Source of the DNA: an uncultured Gammaproteobacteria bacterium
GTDB taxonomy: Bacteria; Pseudomonadota; Gammaproteobacteria; GCA-002705445; GCA-002716945
Direction: 5' to 3'
DNA: 64,000 nt
NCBI GenBank assembly: GCA_902521725.1
Contig: CABYTF010000004.1
Span: 19,049-83,048 of the forward strand
Below the pieces are notes generated by a model. It was not told the DNA's origin, did not search any database, and was given only the letters and a program-made list of their open reading frames with translations. The position numbers were made by a program, and so were the translations under genes. Numbering within the stretch: position 1 is the stretch's first letter; every line of letters begins with the position of its first letter. Positions 11,883 through 22,281 of the stretch are shown in pieces.

Positions 11883-12340
11883 CTACGCTTTTATTACTAA
11901 TTATTTGTTCATCGTCTTACGCGGATCAATATGAGGGTAGGGTAATAAAAGTTATTGACGGAGATACAATCTGGGTAAAAACTAGCAATAAACATATTAA
12001 AATACGACTTAGTTATATTGATGCGCCTGAGCTTAAACAGACTCATGGGGTGAGAAGTAAGAATTTTTTAACTAATCTTATATTAGATAAAAATGTGCAG
12101 ATAAATGCAAATAAAAAAGATAGATATAACAGGCATTTAGGTGAGGTTTATATCCACAATCTGAAGGAATCTATATTTGTGAATGCAAAAATGTTGAAAT
12201 CTGGAAATGCATGGATTTATTTAACCTATAGAGATAACTCCTACCTGCAAAACCTTGAAAATCACGCCAGAATCAAAAAAATAGGTCTATGGAGTGAAAA
12301 AGCACCCATCGAGCCATGGGTTTATCGGAGATCGAAGTAA
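11861..12340 (+). CDS. Secreted thermonuclease (SNase-like) family protein
   Basis: Signal peptide, then VIDGDT and YIDAPE motifs of staphylococcal nuclease homologues. The tracked start overlaps metX and the true start may be downstream. Confidence 0.7.
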   Translation: MLLKRYLATLLLLIICSSSYADQYEGRVIKVIDGDTIWVKTSNKHIKIRLSYIDAPELKQTHGVRSKNFLTNLILDKNVQINANKKDRYNRHLGEVYIHNLKESIFVNAKMLKSGNAWIYLTYRDNSYLQNLENHARIKKIGLWSEKAPIEPWVYRRSK

Positions 12341-12348
12341 ATCAAACT

Positions 12349-12492
12349 TCACGTCTTTTTTAATCGTTTATTGGATCTGCACTTATCTGAGCAGTAAATG
12401 ACATCATTCCAATTTCTCTCCCATTTTTTTCTCCATGTGAAAGGCAGCCCACAAACAGGGCATATCTTTCTCGGAAGATCACTTTTTTTCAT
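12349..12492 (-). CDS. DUF2256-like small zinc-ribbon protein (47 aa, not in supplied ORF track)
   Basis: Read by hand as [47 protein letters not shown]. The CPxCG...W...YCSxxCR pattern matches the DUF2256 family, which is often found near photolyase genes. It overlaps the DUF393 gene stop by 14 nt. Confidence 0.65.
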   Translation of the reverse strand: MKKSDLPRKICPVCGLPFTWRKKWERNWNDVIYCSDKCRSNKRLKKT

Positions 12493-12832
12493 TTAACTGA
12501 TGCCTATTTTTATAGAATAAGAAAAGAGCAATAATTTCATACAGTATTACTCCAATGTGATAAATGACTGGCAAAGCGACTATATTACCAATCCATTTAT
12601 ACCTCGGTATATTCCGCCACATAATAATAAAAGCTCTTACCCCTGAATATGTCTCGTTATCCTTTATTACATGCAACCGTCTAATTAACTCCCTATGACT
12701 CTTGCCAGATAATTTCATAGATATTTCTAAATCATTGATATCTATCCAATTTATATCATTCTCAAGTGACTTATAATGATTTATCTCTTTAGAGCATATA
12801 GGGCAACTATCATTAAAAAGAACTTTTATCAT
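12479..12832 (-). CDS. DUF393 / DCC-family thiol-disulfide oxidoreductase
   Basis: N-terminal [11 protein letters not shown]xxC motif with a hydrophobic C-terminus, 117 aa. Confidence 0.7.
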   Translation of the reverse strand: MIKVLFNDSCPICSKEINHYKSLENDINWIDINDLEISMKLSGKSHRELIRRLHVIKDNETYSGVRAFIIMWRNIPRYKWIGNIVALPVIYHIGVILYEIIALFLFYKNRHQLNEKK

Positions 12833-14316
12833 GATGTATTCCTTTCGATGAATTCGCTTGCTTTGGACAATATGTTATCCTTTTTCTCTTTTTTCATTTT
12901 ATCAAACAGCGAGACCATCATATTTAATCTAGGATTTTTTTTGAAAAATATGCGGTTTTTATCTATAAATCGCCAATAGAGTCCATCCATTACATCACAC
13001 CATGGACCCTTCTTGAAATTCATCATCTTTAGGATATAGTTTGAACCACAGATATATGGTTTAGTTGCCATTATACCTCCATCAGCAAAAAGCCCCATAC
13101 TATAGACATTAGGAGTCATAACCCAATCTGAAGAATCAATATACAATTCCATAAACCACTTATAAGCGTTGCTGGGCTTGATTTCGCACAAATTCATTAT
13201 ATTGACTTGAATCATTAGTCTCTCAATGTGATGGGAGTAGGCATGTTTAATAGTGCTCTTTATTGAGTAATCCAATGGATCTAAGCCCGTGTTACCGGTA
13301 TACCAACTTTTTTTGATCTTTCTTTGATGGTTGAAAAAGTTACTTTTTTCCATTTTCTTACCTTCAAAATGATATAGACATCTCATAAACTCTCTCCATC
13401 CTATTATCTGTCTTAAAAAACCTTCATATGAATTAATAGGTATACCCTTTAAATTATTGATATTATTTAAAATATCTAGAGGAGTTATTAGGCCTATATT
13501 CAGTGAAGAGCTCAGATTTGAGTGAAACCATATATGTGATTTCGGGTCAACGGAATCCTCATAATCCCCAAATTGACTAAATTTGTGAGCTAGAAAGTGT
13601 TTTAAATTATCTAGTGCCTGCTCTCTAGTCGTAGGGTAGTTAAAATATTTCGTTTCGCCGTAATGGTCATTAAATACATTATCGACTAACTTTGTTATGT
13701 CTTTCGTATGTTTTGTTTCTTTAAACTGTAAAAGGGCAGGCGGCGATATGTTTTGAGGTATCTTTTTTCTATTATCCCCGTCATATGTCCATTTCCCACC
13801 CACAGGTTTACCATCTTTCATCAATATGTCTAATTTTTTTCTTTGATTAATGTAAAAGTCCGTCATTTTGTATTTTGGGCTTTTCCTTTGTACGCACATC
13901 TCCTCAAATTCTTTTAATTTCGTCAGAAACATTGGAGTATCATAAATTTCAATACTTATTCCTTTCTTTTCCAGCCTCCTTAATTTCCTCTCAAACCATA
14001 TATCTTCAATAGTCCATAAAGTGATCTTCTTTATTTTCAACTTATTTAAATATTTATATAGATAATCCACATAAGACTCTGAATCTTCTGGTTTTAATTC
14101 ATAATAATCAGTTGTAATCTTGTTTTTCTTAAGCATGTCTCTGTATGATCTCATCGCAGATAAAAATAGAGTGATCTTCTGCTTGTGATGTTTTTCATAT
14201 GTACACAAGTCTATATCCTCCCTCATAAAAACATGCTTTATGTTAAATTGCTTTAGATATTCCATTGGGAACAATTGGTTTCCTAAAATGACGTGTATTG
14301 CGATTTCCTTATCCAT
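12829..14316 (-). CDS. Cryptochrome/photolyase-family protein (photolyase-related, COG3046/FeS-BCP-like)
   Basis: 495 aa. The N-terminal IHVILGNQLF is typical of photolyase-related proteins, and the C-terminal part has an FAD-binding helical-domain pattern (WREF, SNY). Confidence 0.7.
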   Translation of the reverse strand: MDKEIAIHVILGNQLFPMEYLKQFNIKHVFMREDIDLCTYEKHHKQKITLFLSAMRSYRDMLKKNKITTDYYELKPEDSESYVDYLYKYLNKLKIKKITLWTIEDIWFERKLRRLEKKGISIEIYDTPMFLTKLKEFEEMCVQRKSPKYKMTDFYINQRKKLDILMKDGKPVGGKWTYDGDNRKKIPQNISPPALLQFKETKHTKDITKLVDNVFNDHYGETKYFNYPTTREQALDNLKHFLAHKFSQFGDYEDSVDPKSHIWFHSNLSSSLNIGLITPLDILNNINNLKGIPINSYEGFLRQIIGWREFMRCLYHFEGKKMEKSNFFNHQRKIKKSWYTGNTGLDPLDYSIKSTIKHAYSHHIERLMIQVNIMNLCEIKPSNAYKWFMELYIDSSDWVMTPNVYSMGLFADGGIMATKPYICGSNYILKMMNFKKGPWCDVMDGLYWRFIDKNRIFFKKNPRLNMMVSLFDKMKKEKKDNILSKASEFIERNTS

Positions 14317-14388
14317 GTATGAGTAGAATAGGTCATCTTTGAGATGATTTCTAGATATATGTATGTTCGTATAATATATATTATGTAA

Positions 14389-15183
14389 TTAATCAATATA
14401 GAAAACTTGATTACCATTAATGCTGTAATCTGTAATAAGAGATTTAGCTGAATCTGAAATAAGCCAATTGTACAATTTTGAAACATTTATCCTGTCAATA
14501 TTCTTACAACGGTTGTAATTAATTAGGATGATGCCATATTCATTTTTTAGCTTGTCTTTATTGCTGTAGAGAATCCGATGTTCTTTTTTATTTTTAAATT
14601 TAAGCCAAGATGATCTGTCAGTGAAAATATACGCATTTTTAGCTATTGCAATGTTAAGTGACGGACCCATGCCTTGCCCTGTCTCGATATACCACTGTCC
14701 GCTAAATAACGAGGGATTAATCTGTGTTTTGTTCCAGATAGATATTTCAGCTGAATGAGTTCCACTTGAATCTGAGCGAGAAATAAAGTTAGATTTTTTT
14801 GCAGCTATTAAAGTAAATACATCCTCGGGATATATAGAGTTTTTTATTTTCGCAGGATCATCAGATGGACCTACAATAATGTAATCGTTAAACATTAAAG
14901 AATGTCTCTTGATACCATAACCTTGTCGCATGAAATCAAGCTCACGCTGTTTGTCATGAACTATAAGCAAATCGCCATCACAATTTTTAGCATTCACAAT
15001 AGCTTGACCCGTACCAACGGCAACAACCTTGATATTCGTTTGATCATAGCTTGGATATTTTGGTAGAAGAAACTCATATAAACCAGAATCACGTGTAGAC
15101 GAAGTCGATTGAATAATTATTTCGCTCGCTGAAACATGAAGAAAAGCTACTGAACATAGAAAAAATATAGATAAGTTTTTCAT
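14389..15183 (-). CDS. ABC transporter substrate-binding protein, TupA/PBP-like-2 family (tungstate/molybdate-type)
   Basis: Signal peptide, then STSSTRDSGL resembling the TupA TTTSTxDSGL anion-binding motif. Confidence 0.6.
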   Translation of the reverse strand: MKNLSIFFLCSVAFLHVSASEIIIQSTSSTRDSGLYEFLLPKYPSYDQTNIKVVAVGTGQAIVNAKNCDGDLLIVHDKQRELDFMRQGYGIKRHSLMFNDYIIVGPSDDPAKIKNSIYPEDVFTLIAAKKSNFISRSDSSGTHSAEISIWNKTQINPSLFSGQWYIETGQGMGPSLNIAIAKNAYIFTDRSSWLKFKNKKEHRILYSNKDKLKNEYGIILINYNRCKNIDRINVSKLYNWLISDSAKSLITDYSINGNQVFYID

Positions 15184-15800
15184 TCTTCGATGCTCCCCTC
15201 TTTTAAATAAATATTACAACAATCAAGTTCACTAACAAATTTATCATCATGGGAGACAAGGATTATTTGTTTTTTTTCATCGATCATACTTTTGATTATA
15301 TCCTTAATGAAATCTGTGTTATATCGATCTAAGTTATTTGTTGGTTCGTCATAAAAAATTATTTTTGGTTGAATTACTAGCGATCTTAATAAAGAAACTA
15401 GCTGTAGTTCACCTCCTGACAGAAGACGAATGTGTTTATCGGATAAATACTGTAATGAATATTTATTTAATAGACTTGTAATTATTCCTTTTCTTTTATT
15501 TTTGTCAATATTTATACAGAATAATGCATGCTCTAAGTTTGAATATACACTTGAATTTAAGAAAATAGGATTCTGGAAGATCATGCTTGCACGTGATATA
15601 TTAGTATAGTTTCTAATAATATATCCAGATGATGGTTCCAACAATCCATGCATCAATTTTAACAGCGTGGTCTTACCAGCACCGTTGGGTCCTCTCAGTG
15701 CAGTAATCTTGTCTTGATATATATTGAGAGATATATTACTTATGATCAATTTATTATTACAAAAATAGTTTATATCCTTTAGACAAATTATCTTATTCAT
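15180..15800 (-). CDS. ABC transporter ATP-binding protein
   Basis: GPNGAGKTT Walker A, LSGGELQ signature and Walker B. Confidence 0.85.
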   Translation of the reverse strand: MNKIICLKDINYFCNNKLIISNISLNIYQDKITALRGPNGAGKTTLLKLMHGLLEPSSGYIIRNYTNISRASMIFQNPIFLNSSVYSNLEHALFCINIDKNKRKGIITSLLNKYSLQYLSDKHIRLLSGGELQLVSLLRSLVIQPKIIFYDEPTNNLDRYNTDFIKDIIKSMIDEKKQIILVSHDDKFVSELDCCNIYLKEGSIEE

Positions 15801-16477
15801 AAATACCTGTTTTTAATTATATAGATCAATAAATTAATAATAATTGCAAGAGAAATAAGAGTTATTCCAAGACTTAATGCGAGTGCAAGTTCACCTCTTG
15901 ATGTCTCCAATACTATGCTCGTTGTCATAACTCTTGTCATATTTGCGATATTCCCACCAACTATAATGACTGCACCAACTTCAGATAAGGCTCTGCCTAA
16001 CCCAGTTACTATGATTATCAACAATTCGAATCTACATTCTCTTATGATAGTATAGATTTTTTTTGTATTTGATGTGTTGATTGAATCTAAGTATTCACTA
16101 AGATCAATATATTTATTGAGCAGAGAAGCATAGGATAAAGATATAATGATTGGCATAACAATAATAATCTGAGCAAGGATCATTATTGTTGGAGTATATA
16201 ATATTTCAAGAAAACCTAAAACACCACTGTAGGAGAAAATAATATACAATATAAGCCCTACCACCACAGGAGGTAAACTCATCAATGAATTTACAATTAA
16301 TAATATAATGTTCTTCCCAATAAAATTTTTCAATACTAGAAAAGACGATAAATATATAGATAATATTGATGCGCTTATAGTAGCTAACAAAGAAATGTAT
16401 AATGATAAAAAAACAATACTAATAAACTTCTCATCAAGATCTATAAAAATATTATAAGTTTCTGAGAAAATATCCAT
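15797..16477 (-). CDS. ABC transporter permease (TupB-like)
   Basis: Polytopic membrane protein with GLGRALSEVGA EAA-like loop. Confidence 0.75.
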   Translation of the reverse strand: MDIFSETYNIFIDLDEKFISIVFLSLYISLLATISASILSIYLSSFLVLKNFIGKNIILLIVNSLMSLPPVVVGLILYIIFSYSGVLGFLEILYTPTIMILAQIIIVMPIIISLSYASLLNKYIDLSEYLDSINTSNTKKIYTIIRECRFELLIIIVTGLGRALSEVGAVIIVGGNIANMTRVMTTSIVLETSRGELALALSLGITLISLAIIINLLIYIIKNRYL

Positions 16478-16615
16478 ATCACGAAATATTTTAGATCATA
16501 TCTTTCAAGTAAAAGCCCGAGTAATCTTCAAAAGATATCGTTTCAGTTATGGTAGGGTATTGAATATTTAGATCAGGATTATTAAATTTTGTACTCTGTA
16601 GAATTTTCATTAATA

Positions 16616-17611
16616 TCATTCGGTCTGGAACTTCTTAAGATAAAAATTGACTGTTTCAGATAATCCCTTTTTGAATTCTTTTTCTGGCTTCCAATCTAAT
16701 GTTTCTTTTATGAATGAACTATTTATCGCATATCTGTAATCATGCCCAGGCCTATCAGGAACAAATGAAATCAATGTTTTAAAATCAGCCTTATTGTTGA
16801 GCTTATCGGATAAAATATTACATATTTGTTTCACTAAGTTGATATTCTCTAATTCACAATCCCCTCCAATATTAAAATGAGTATTGTTACATTTAGAATT
16901 CATTACTCTTATTAAAGCATCACAGTGGTCATCGACATAAATCCAATCCCTAATATTGGTTCCATCCCCATAGATAGGTATTCTTAAATTATGTAATGCT
17001 GAATACACTGTTTTAGGTATAAGTTTCTCACGATGCTGATTTGGACCGTAGTTATTTGAACAGTTCGTGATGACAAGTGGTAACTTATAAGTATTAATAT
17101 AAGAAAAGACTAAATGGTCACCAGCAGCTTTACTCGCAGAATATGGATTGTTCGGTGAGTATTTGTTTTCTTCAGAAAAAGGATTATCTGTAATTGTGAG
17201 ATCTCCATATACTTCATCAGTTGAAACTTGAATAAATTTATGATGTATAACTTTATTTGACTTAGAATAATAATCTTTAAAAAGATCTAAGAGAACTTGA
17301 ACACCTAATACGTTGGTTTTTATGAATTCATATGATGATTCTATAGAGTTATCTACATGCGTCTCAGCTGCAAAATTTATAAAGTATTTAGGGTTATGCT
17401 TTTCTATTATATCTCTAATTTTGTCCTTATTATTTATATCCTCTTTATAAAAGAAATAATTTTTCTTATTTTCGATAAAATCTAAATTAGATTGATCAGA
17501 TGCATATGATAGCTTATCGATATTGATAATTGTCTCTACGCCTATATCATATAGTCTTTTTATGAATCTAGACCCTATGAAGCCGGAACCGCCAAATACT
17601 ATTACTGACAC
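16616..17611 (-). CDS. rfbB: dTDP-glucose 4,6-dehydratase
   Basis: GGSGFIGS, YSASK and ITNCSNNYGP motifs. Confidence 0.85.
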   Translation of the reverse strand: MSVIVFGGSGFIGSRFIKRLYDIGVETIINIDKLSYASDQSNLDFIENKKNYFFYKEDINNKDKIRDIIEKHNPKYFINFAAETHVDNSIESSYEFIKTNVLGVQVLLDLFKDYYSKSNKVIHHKFIQVSTDEVYGDLTITDNPFSEENKYSPNNPYSASKAAGDHLVFSYINTYKLPLVITNCSNNYGPNQHREKLIPKTVYSALHNLRIPIYGDGTNIRDWIYVDDHCDALIRVMNSKCNNTHFNIGGDCELENINLVKQICNILSDKLNNKADFKTLISFVPDRPGHDYRYAINSSFIKETLDWKPEKEFKKGLSETVNFYLKKFQTE

Positions 17612-17644
17612 CTGCTTTACATTCCAATGCTGGTTAGTAGATGA

Positions 17645-19318
17645 TTAAAAAAGACCAATAATGTTTCCGTTGTCATCAATATCTATTCTCTCAGCTGCAG
17701 GTTTTTTTGGAAGGCCTGGCATAGTCATGATATCGCCACAAACCATTACGATAAATTCCGCGCCAGCAGAGAGTCTTACCTCTCTTATTGGAATTTCATG
17801 ACCAGAGGGTGCCCCTCGTTTTGATGGATCAGTTGAAAATGAATATTGAGTCTTGGCAACACAGACTGGAAAACTTCCATACCCATTTGCCTGCAAGTCA
17901 TCTATCTGTTTTTTTACATTTGCAGGTGCAGATATACTTGAAGCTCCATATATTTTCTTTGCAATAGTTTCCATTTTATCCCAAAGCGACATTTCATCAG
18001 GATAGAGGAACTCAAAATTATTATCTGCTTCATCTATAGTTTTCACAACAGTCTCGGCAAGTTCTTTGGCGCCAGCTCCTCCATCTGCCCAATGGGTGGA
18101 GGATACTATAGGTACGTTAAGTTGCTCAGATTTAGCTTTTAGTAGATCCTTCTCCTTATCTGTATCAAAACTGAAACCATTAATTCCTACAACAACTGGT
18201 AATCCATAATGATTTTTTAAATTATTAACATGGCGCTCTAAATTAGTTAAACCTTTTGATAAGAAATCAGTGTTCTCCTTATTCAAATCCTCTAGAGAGC
18301 ATCCACCGTGATATTTCAATGCTCTTATAGTTGCAACAAGCACAACAACAGATGGCTTAAGGTCAGCTTTCCTGCATTTAATATCAAGAAACTTCTCAGC
18401 TCCAAGATCAGCGCCAAACCCAGCCTCAGTAACAACATAGTCAGCTAACTTTAATGAAGCTTTTGTAGCTATAACTGAGTTACATCCGTGAGCAATATTA
18501 GCAAAAGGACCTCCATGAATCATGGCAGGATTATTTTCTAGAGTCTGAACAAGATTAGGTTTCATAGCATCTTTGAGTAGCACAGTCATAGCACCATGCG
18601 CATTAATATCTTTCGCAAGAATAGGTTTACGTTCACGCGTATATGCAATGACAATTTTTCCTAATCTTTCCTTTAAATCAGTAATTGATGTAGCTAAGCA
18701 GAATATTGCCATAATTTCAGATGCAACAACAATGTCAAACCCGTCTTGCCTAGGATAACCATTACCTACTGATCCAAGCGAGCACACTGTGCTTCTCAAT
18801 GCCCTATCATTCATATCAAGGACCCTCTTCCAAGAAACTCTTCTGACATCAATTTCTAACTTGTTTCCATGATGAATATGATTGTCTAACATAGCAGCTA
18901 GAAGGTTATTAGCTAATTGAATAGCGTTAAAATCGCCTGTGAAATGCAGATTTATGTCCTCCATAGGTATAACTTGTGACATGCCACCTCCAGCTGCACC
19001 ACCTTTCATGCCAAAGACAGGTCCAAGCGAAGGTTCTCGAATTGTCACCAGAGCTTTTTTTCCAATATGATTTAGTGCATCACCCAGACCGACAGAGGTT
19101 GTTGTTTTTCCCTCACCAGCAGGTGTCGGGCTAATCGCAGTAACTAAAATCAATTTACCATCTGGGTTGGAGTTTATTGAATTCAGATAATCAAGCGATA
19201 TTTTAGCTTTAAAGTGACCAAATGGTTCAAGTGAATCAACTGGAATGTTTAATTTAGCCGCTATATCTGATATTTTTTCAAGTTTCGCAGCCTGAGCTAT
19301 TTCTATATCTGATTTCAT
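17645..19318 (-). CDS. fhs: Formate--tetrahydrofolate ligase
   Basis: 557 aa with [12 protein letters not shown]-loop; full-length FTHFS. Confidence 0.93.
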   Translation of the reverse strand: MKSDIEIAQAAKLEKISDIAAKLNIPVDSLEPFGHFKAKISLDYLNSINSNPDGKLILVTAISPTPAGEGKTTTSVGLGDALNHIGKKALVTIREPSLGPVFGMKGGAAGGGMSQVIPMEDINLHFTGDFNAIQLANNLLAAMLDNHIHHGNKLEIDVRRVSWKRVLDMNDRALRSTVCSLGSVGNGYPRQDGFDIVVASEIMAIFCLATSITDLKERLGKIVIAYTRERKPILAKDINAHGAMTVLLKDAMKPNLVQTLENNPAMIHGGPFANIAHGCNSVIATKASLKLADYVVTEAGFGADLGAEKFLDIKCRKADLKPSVVVLVATIRALKYHGGCSLEDLNKENTDFLSKGLTNLERHVNNLKNHYGLPVVVGINGFSFDTDKEKDLLKAKSEQLNVPIVSSTHWADGGAGAKELAETVVKTIDEADNNFEFLYPDEMSLWDKMETIAKKIYGASSISAPANVKKQIDDLQANGYGSFPVCVAKTQYSFSTDPSKRGAPSGHEIPIREVRLSAGAEFIVMVCGDIMTMPGLPKKPAAERIDIDDNGNIIGLF

Positions 19319-19381
19319 AATTTACCCTCTAATCTTGTGTCTAATAAATATAATGTTTATTGGTATAAACATCAATAGTTA

Positions 19382-19975
19382 TCAATTTTTCATATTCCCG
19401 AATAACGTTTCTTCAACACATTCACAAATTATATGTCCTGCTATAGCATGAATTTCTTGGATGCGCGTAGTTTTATCAGAATTTACAGATAAAACAACAT
19501 CAGAATAATTGGCTAGATCTTTTTTGTTCGATCCAGTAAATGAAATAATATATTTTACTCTCTTTCTAGCTTCCTTAACTAGTTTTAATATATTCGGCGA
19601 CTTACCAGATGTACTATATACAATTAAGCTGTCGTTTTCATTAGCCAAAGCATGCGCTTGTCTGGAAAATATATGTTCATAACCATAATCGTTCGCTATG
19701 CATGTCAAGTTTGAAGTATTTGCAGTTAAGGCAATTGCTGGTAAAGGGTCGCGGTCAAAATTAAGCCTTCCCATAAACTCAGCAGCAATATGCTGGGAAT
19801 CTGCAGCGCTCCCTCCGTTTCCAGCTAGAAGCACTTTTCCTTTTTTTTGGAAAGTTTCTACTAAAAAGTTTGAGGCTGATTCTAAAGCATCTGAGAATTC
19901 TGTATTTATTATAGAATCAGAATTTGCTCTCTTAGAACCTTGAAGGCTATTATGTATTATATCTTTGAGATTCAT
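19382..19975 (-). CDS. gmhA: SIS-domain phosphoheptose isomerase (GmhA/DiaA family)
   Basis: GNGGSAADSQH SIS motif, 197 aa. Confidence 0.7.
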   Translation of the reverse strand: MNLKDIIHNSLQGSKRANSDSIINTEFSDALESASNFLVETFQKKGKVLLAGNGGSAADSQHIAAEFMGRLNFDRDPLPAIALTANTSNLTCIANDYGYEHIFSRQAHALANENDSLIVYSTSGKSPNILKLVKEARKRVKYIISFTGSNKKDLANYSDVVLSVNSDKTTRIQEIHAIAGHIICECVEETLFGNMKN

Positions 19976-19976
19976 C

Positions 19977-20747
19977 TTAGAATTTTGTTTTATCAGTCAA
20001 TTCACATTGTCCTTGTTTCATTGATTCGCTGAGAAATGTCGCATTACCAGTCACCCTATTTATAGATAATTCGGAATTGAGCCGAGTAGCTACTATATAT
20101 ACCTCATTGAAATTAACAGAAAAGCTTGATTCTTCAAGCTTTTTAACAATTTTAAAAGTATTTTTTTGTTCATTGAATACATACGTTTCCTGATTGTCAT
20201 CAAATTTGCAGACTATATATGTATTACCCAGTATCATTGGGCTTTCTTCTTTTTTTACGATTTTTATATCATCCATTTTATCAACCATTATATCCTGTTT
20301 ATCCTCAGGTATGTCATCAATAAATATTTCTTTTGTAGTGTCTCTTGTCACGCAGTATTCAAAAGGAATTGTAAGTAAGCCAGAATCAAACAGATGAAGG
20401 CTTACATCGTTGTTGTTTATCATAAAAAAATGATTTCTATATCCTATATAATAGTCTCCTCTCTGCTCATTTATAGATAAGCACACTCTAAAACCAGAAT
20501 AAGTATCTCCTAAATGATCGATACTTGATTTGGCTGGTTCGTTGATAAACTCAACCTTGGCGGTTTTATAGTCTTTTAAATTATTTATCAAATACTCTTT
20601 CAGGACTTTTTGATAATTTTCTGGAGGTATTCCGTAACTTACATTTAGAGTATTGCTAGTTTGACTTGGTGATATCATCGATGGTGCTGGCAACTTGCCA
20701 CAACTTGATATAGCAAATGTAAGAATCAAAAATCTAAAAGTATTCAT
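19977..20747 (-). CDS. Lipoprotein, hypothetical
   Basis: Lipobox AISSC at the N-terminus with no recognisable domain. Its start abuts the 3' end of tRNA-Leu. Confidence 0.6.
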   Translation of the reverse strand: MNTFRFLILTFAISSCGKLPAPSMISPSQTSNTLNVSYGIPPENYQKVLKEYLINNLKDYKTAKVEFINEPAKSSIDHLGDTYSGFRVCLSINEQRGDYYIGYRNHFFMINNNDVSLHLFDSGLLTIPFEYCVTRDTTKEIFIDDIPEDKQDIMVDKMDDIKIVKKEESPMILGNTYIVCKFDDNQETYVFNEQKNTFKIVKKLEESSFSVNFNEVYIVATRLNSELSINRVTGNATFLSESMKQGQCELTDKTKF

Positions 20748-20748
20748 G

Positions 20749-20832
20749 TGCCCAGGGCCGGAGTCGAACCGGCACGAGATTGCTCTCGAGGGATTTTAAG
20801 TCCCTTGCGTCTACCAATTCCGCCACCCGGGC
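20749..20832 (-). tRNA. leuZ: tRNA-Leu (anticodon UAA), long variable arm
   Basis: Cloverleaf folded by hand. Acceptor GCCCGGG/CCUGGGC, anticodon loop CUUAAAA, long extra arm. Confidence 0.85.
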
Positions 20833-20897
20833 CAGTAAAAAACAAACATATTGAGAGAGTGAATATAGGTGCGGCATGTACATTGAAATATTTTATA

Positions 20898-22160
20898 CTA
20901 AAATCCTTTTTTGTCTAATATAACTAATAAGGTTTTAAAACAAATCTCTATTTCTAACCAGATTGACCAATTTTTTATGTAGTATAAATCATACATAAGT
21001 TTCTGTTCTGCATCTTTCTCATCAAATCCGTATGGATAAATAATTTGTGCCCAACCTGTAATTCCAGGTTTAACAATGTGTCTTAAGCCATAATGTGTGA
21101 TATTTTCGATGTACTTGTCGGATAATTTAAACCACTCTGCCCTAGGTCCAACTAAATGCATATTACCAATGAGTATATTGAATATTTGTGGAAATTCATC
21201 TATTCGATATTTACGCAGACCTTTCGCAAAAGAATATATCCTAGTATCGTTTACTTCCGTATTACCCTCTGATTCTGAGCCGGTATACATTGTTCTAAAT
21301 TTATATAATGTAAAAAGATTATTATTTATACCATACCTTTTTTGTCTATAGAAAAGCGGCTCTTTTATATTTAGAAAAAGTTTTACTATAAATATATATA
21401 AAGTGAATATAATCAAAAAAGGAGATATTATTAAAATTGCAAAATAGTCAAATATCCTTTTTATAAAGTATGGTGATTTACTAAAAGTTTTAATATTAAA
21501 TGATTTATACTCTGGCGATATAAAAAGCTTTCTTAAATATCGTTCCATAAACTCCTCTAAATCCATATAATCAAGTTTGTATAGACTAGGCTGTGTCTTT
21601 CCTAATTTAGCTAGTTCAATTTTTGATAAATTTACTGTGATAATAGAATTTCTCTGCATTTGTAATTGGTCTGATACTTTCGTAAAATTCTGATACGAAT
21701 CATGGAAATAAACAAAAAAACCTTTTTCGCGTAACATTTTTATCTCATAGTCATTGAACTTATAAAACTCACCTATTATGTGTATAGGAATATTATTTAA
21801 ATCTTTAAAATTTGCTCTGATTAGATATCTGATGAACAATATCACTAAAGGTATTGATGCCCATATCATTGTAATAACTAAATTAGTGCTTAATTGATAA
21901 TAAAGATAACCGATTAATTGAAAGAAGACTGCAATAACAGATGTTTTAACTGAAATTCTAATCTTATCACAAAAGTTAGATGCAAAATAATTACTATAAT
22001 AGTTTCTAATAAAAGATACGAAAACTACAGTCATTCCGTATAGTAAAAACATAAAGATAAGATTATTCGTAGAATCTAAATCTGTAAAAAAGAATATGTA
22101 TACATATCCAAATAATAATGGAGTTAGGACATCTGTTAGTACTAAAGATAAAGTTATCAT
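20898..22160 (-). CDS. Polyprenyl-phosphate sugar-1-phosphate transferase (WbaP/WcaJ-like bacterial sugar transferase)
   Basis: N-terminal TM helices, then a C-terminal sugar-transferase domain with LYKFRTM and PGITGWAQI. Confidence 0.8.
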   Translation of the reverse strand: MITLSLVLTDVLTPLLFGYVYIFFFTDLDSTNNLIFMFLLYGMTVVFVSFIRNYYSNYFASNFCDKIRISVKTSVIAVFFQLIGYLYYQLSTNLVITMIWASIPLVILFIRYLIRANFKDLNNIPIHIIGEFYKFNDYEIKMLREKGFFVYFHDSYQNFTKVSDQLQMQRNSIITVNLSKIELAKLGKTQPSLYKLDYMDLEEFMERYLRKLFISPEYKSFNIKTFSKSPYFIKRIFDYFAILIISPFLIIFTLYIFIVKLFLNIKEPLFYRQKRYGINNNLFTLYKFRTMYTGSESEGNTEVNDTRIYSFAKGLRKYRIDEFPQIFNILIGNMHLVGPRAEWFKLSDKYIENITHYGLRHIVKPGITGWAQIIYPYGFDEKDAEQKLMYDLYYIKNWSIWLEIEICFKTLLVILDKKGF

Positions 22161-22200
22161 AAATTCATATAAGATTATCTTTATAGTGCTAACAATGCAA

Positions 22201-22274
22201 TGGAGGCTAAGGTCGGAATCGAACCGGCGTTGACGGCTTTGCAGGCCGCTGCATTACCACTCTGCCACTTAGCC
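22201..22274 (-). tRNA. cysT: tRNA-Cys (anticodon GCA), CCA encoded
   Basis: GGCUAAGUGGCAGAG...anticodon loop CUGCAAA...UCCA. Confidence 0.85.
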
Positions 22275-22281
22275 AAATATG

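Noticed and set aside
19355..19374. ATGTTTAT-tggt-ATAAACAT hairpin between gmhA and fhs
   Set aside because: The 8-bp all-AT-rich stem is too weak to call a terminator or operator with any confidence. In a roughly 30% GC genome such inverted repeats arise frequently by chance.
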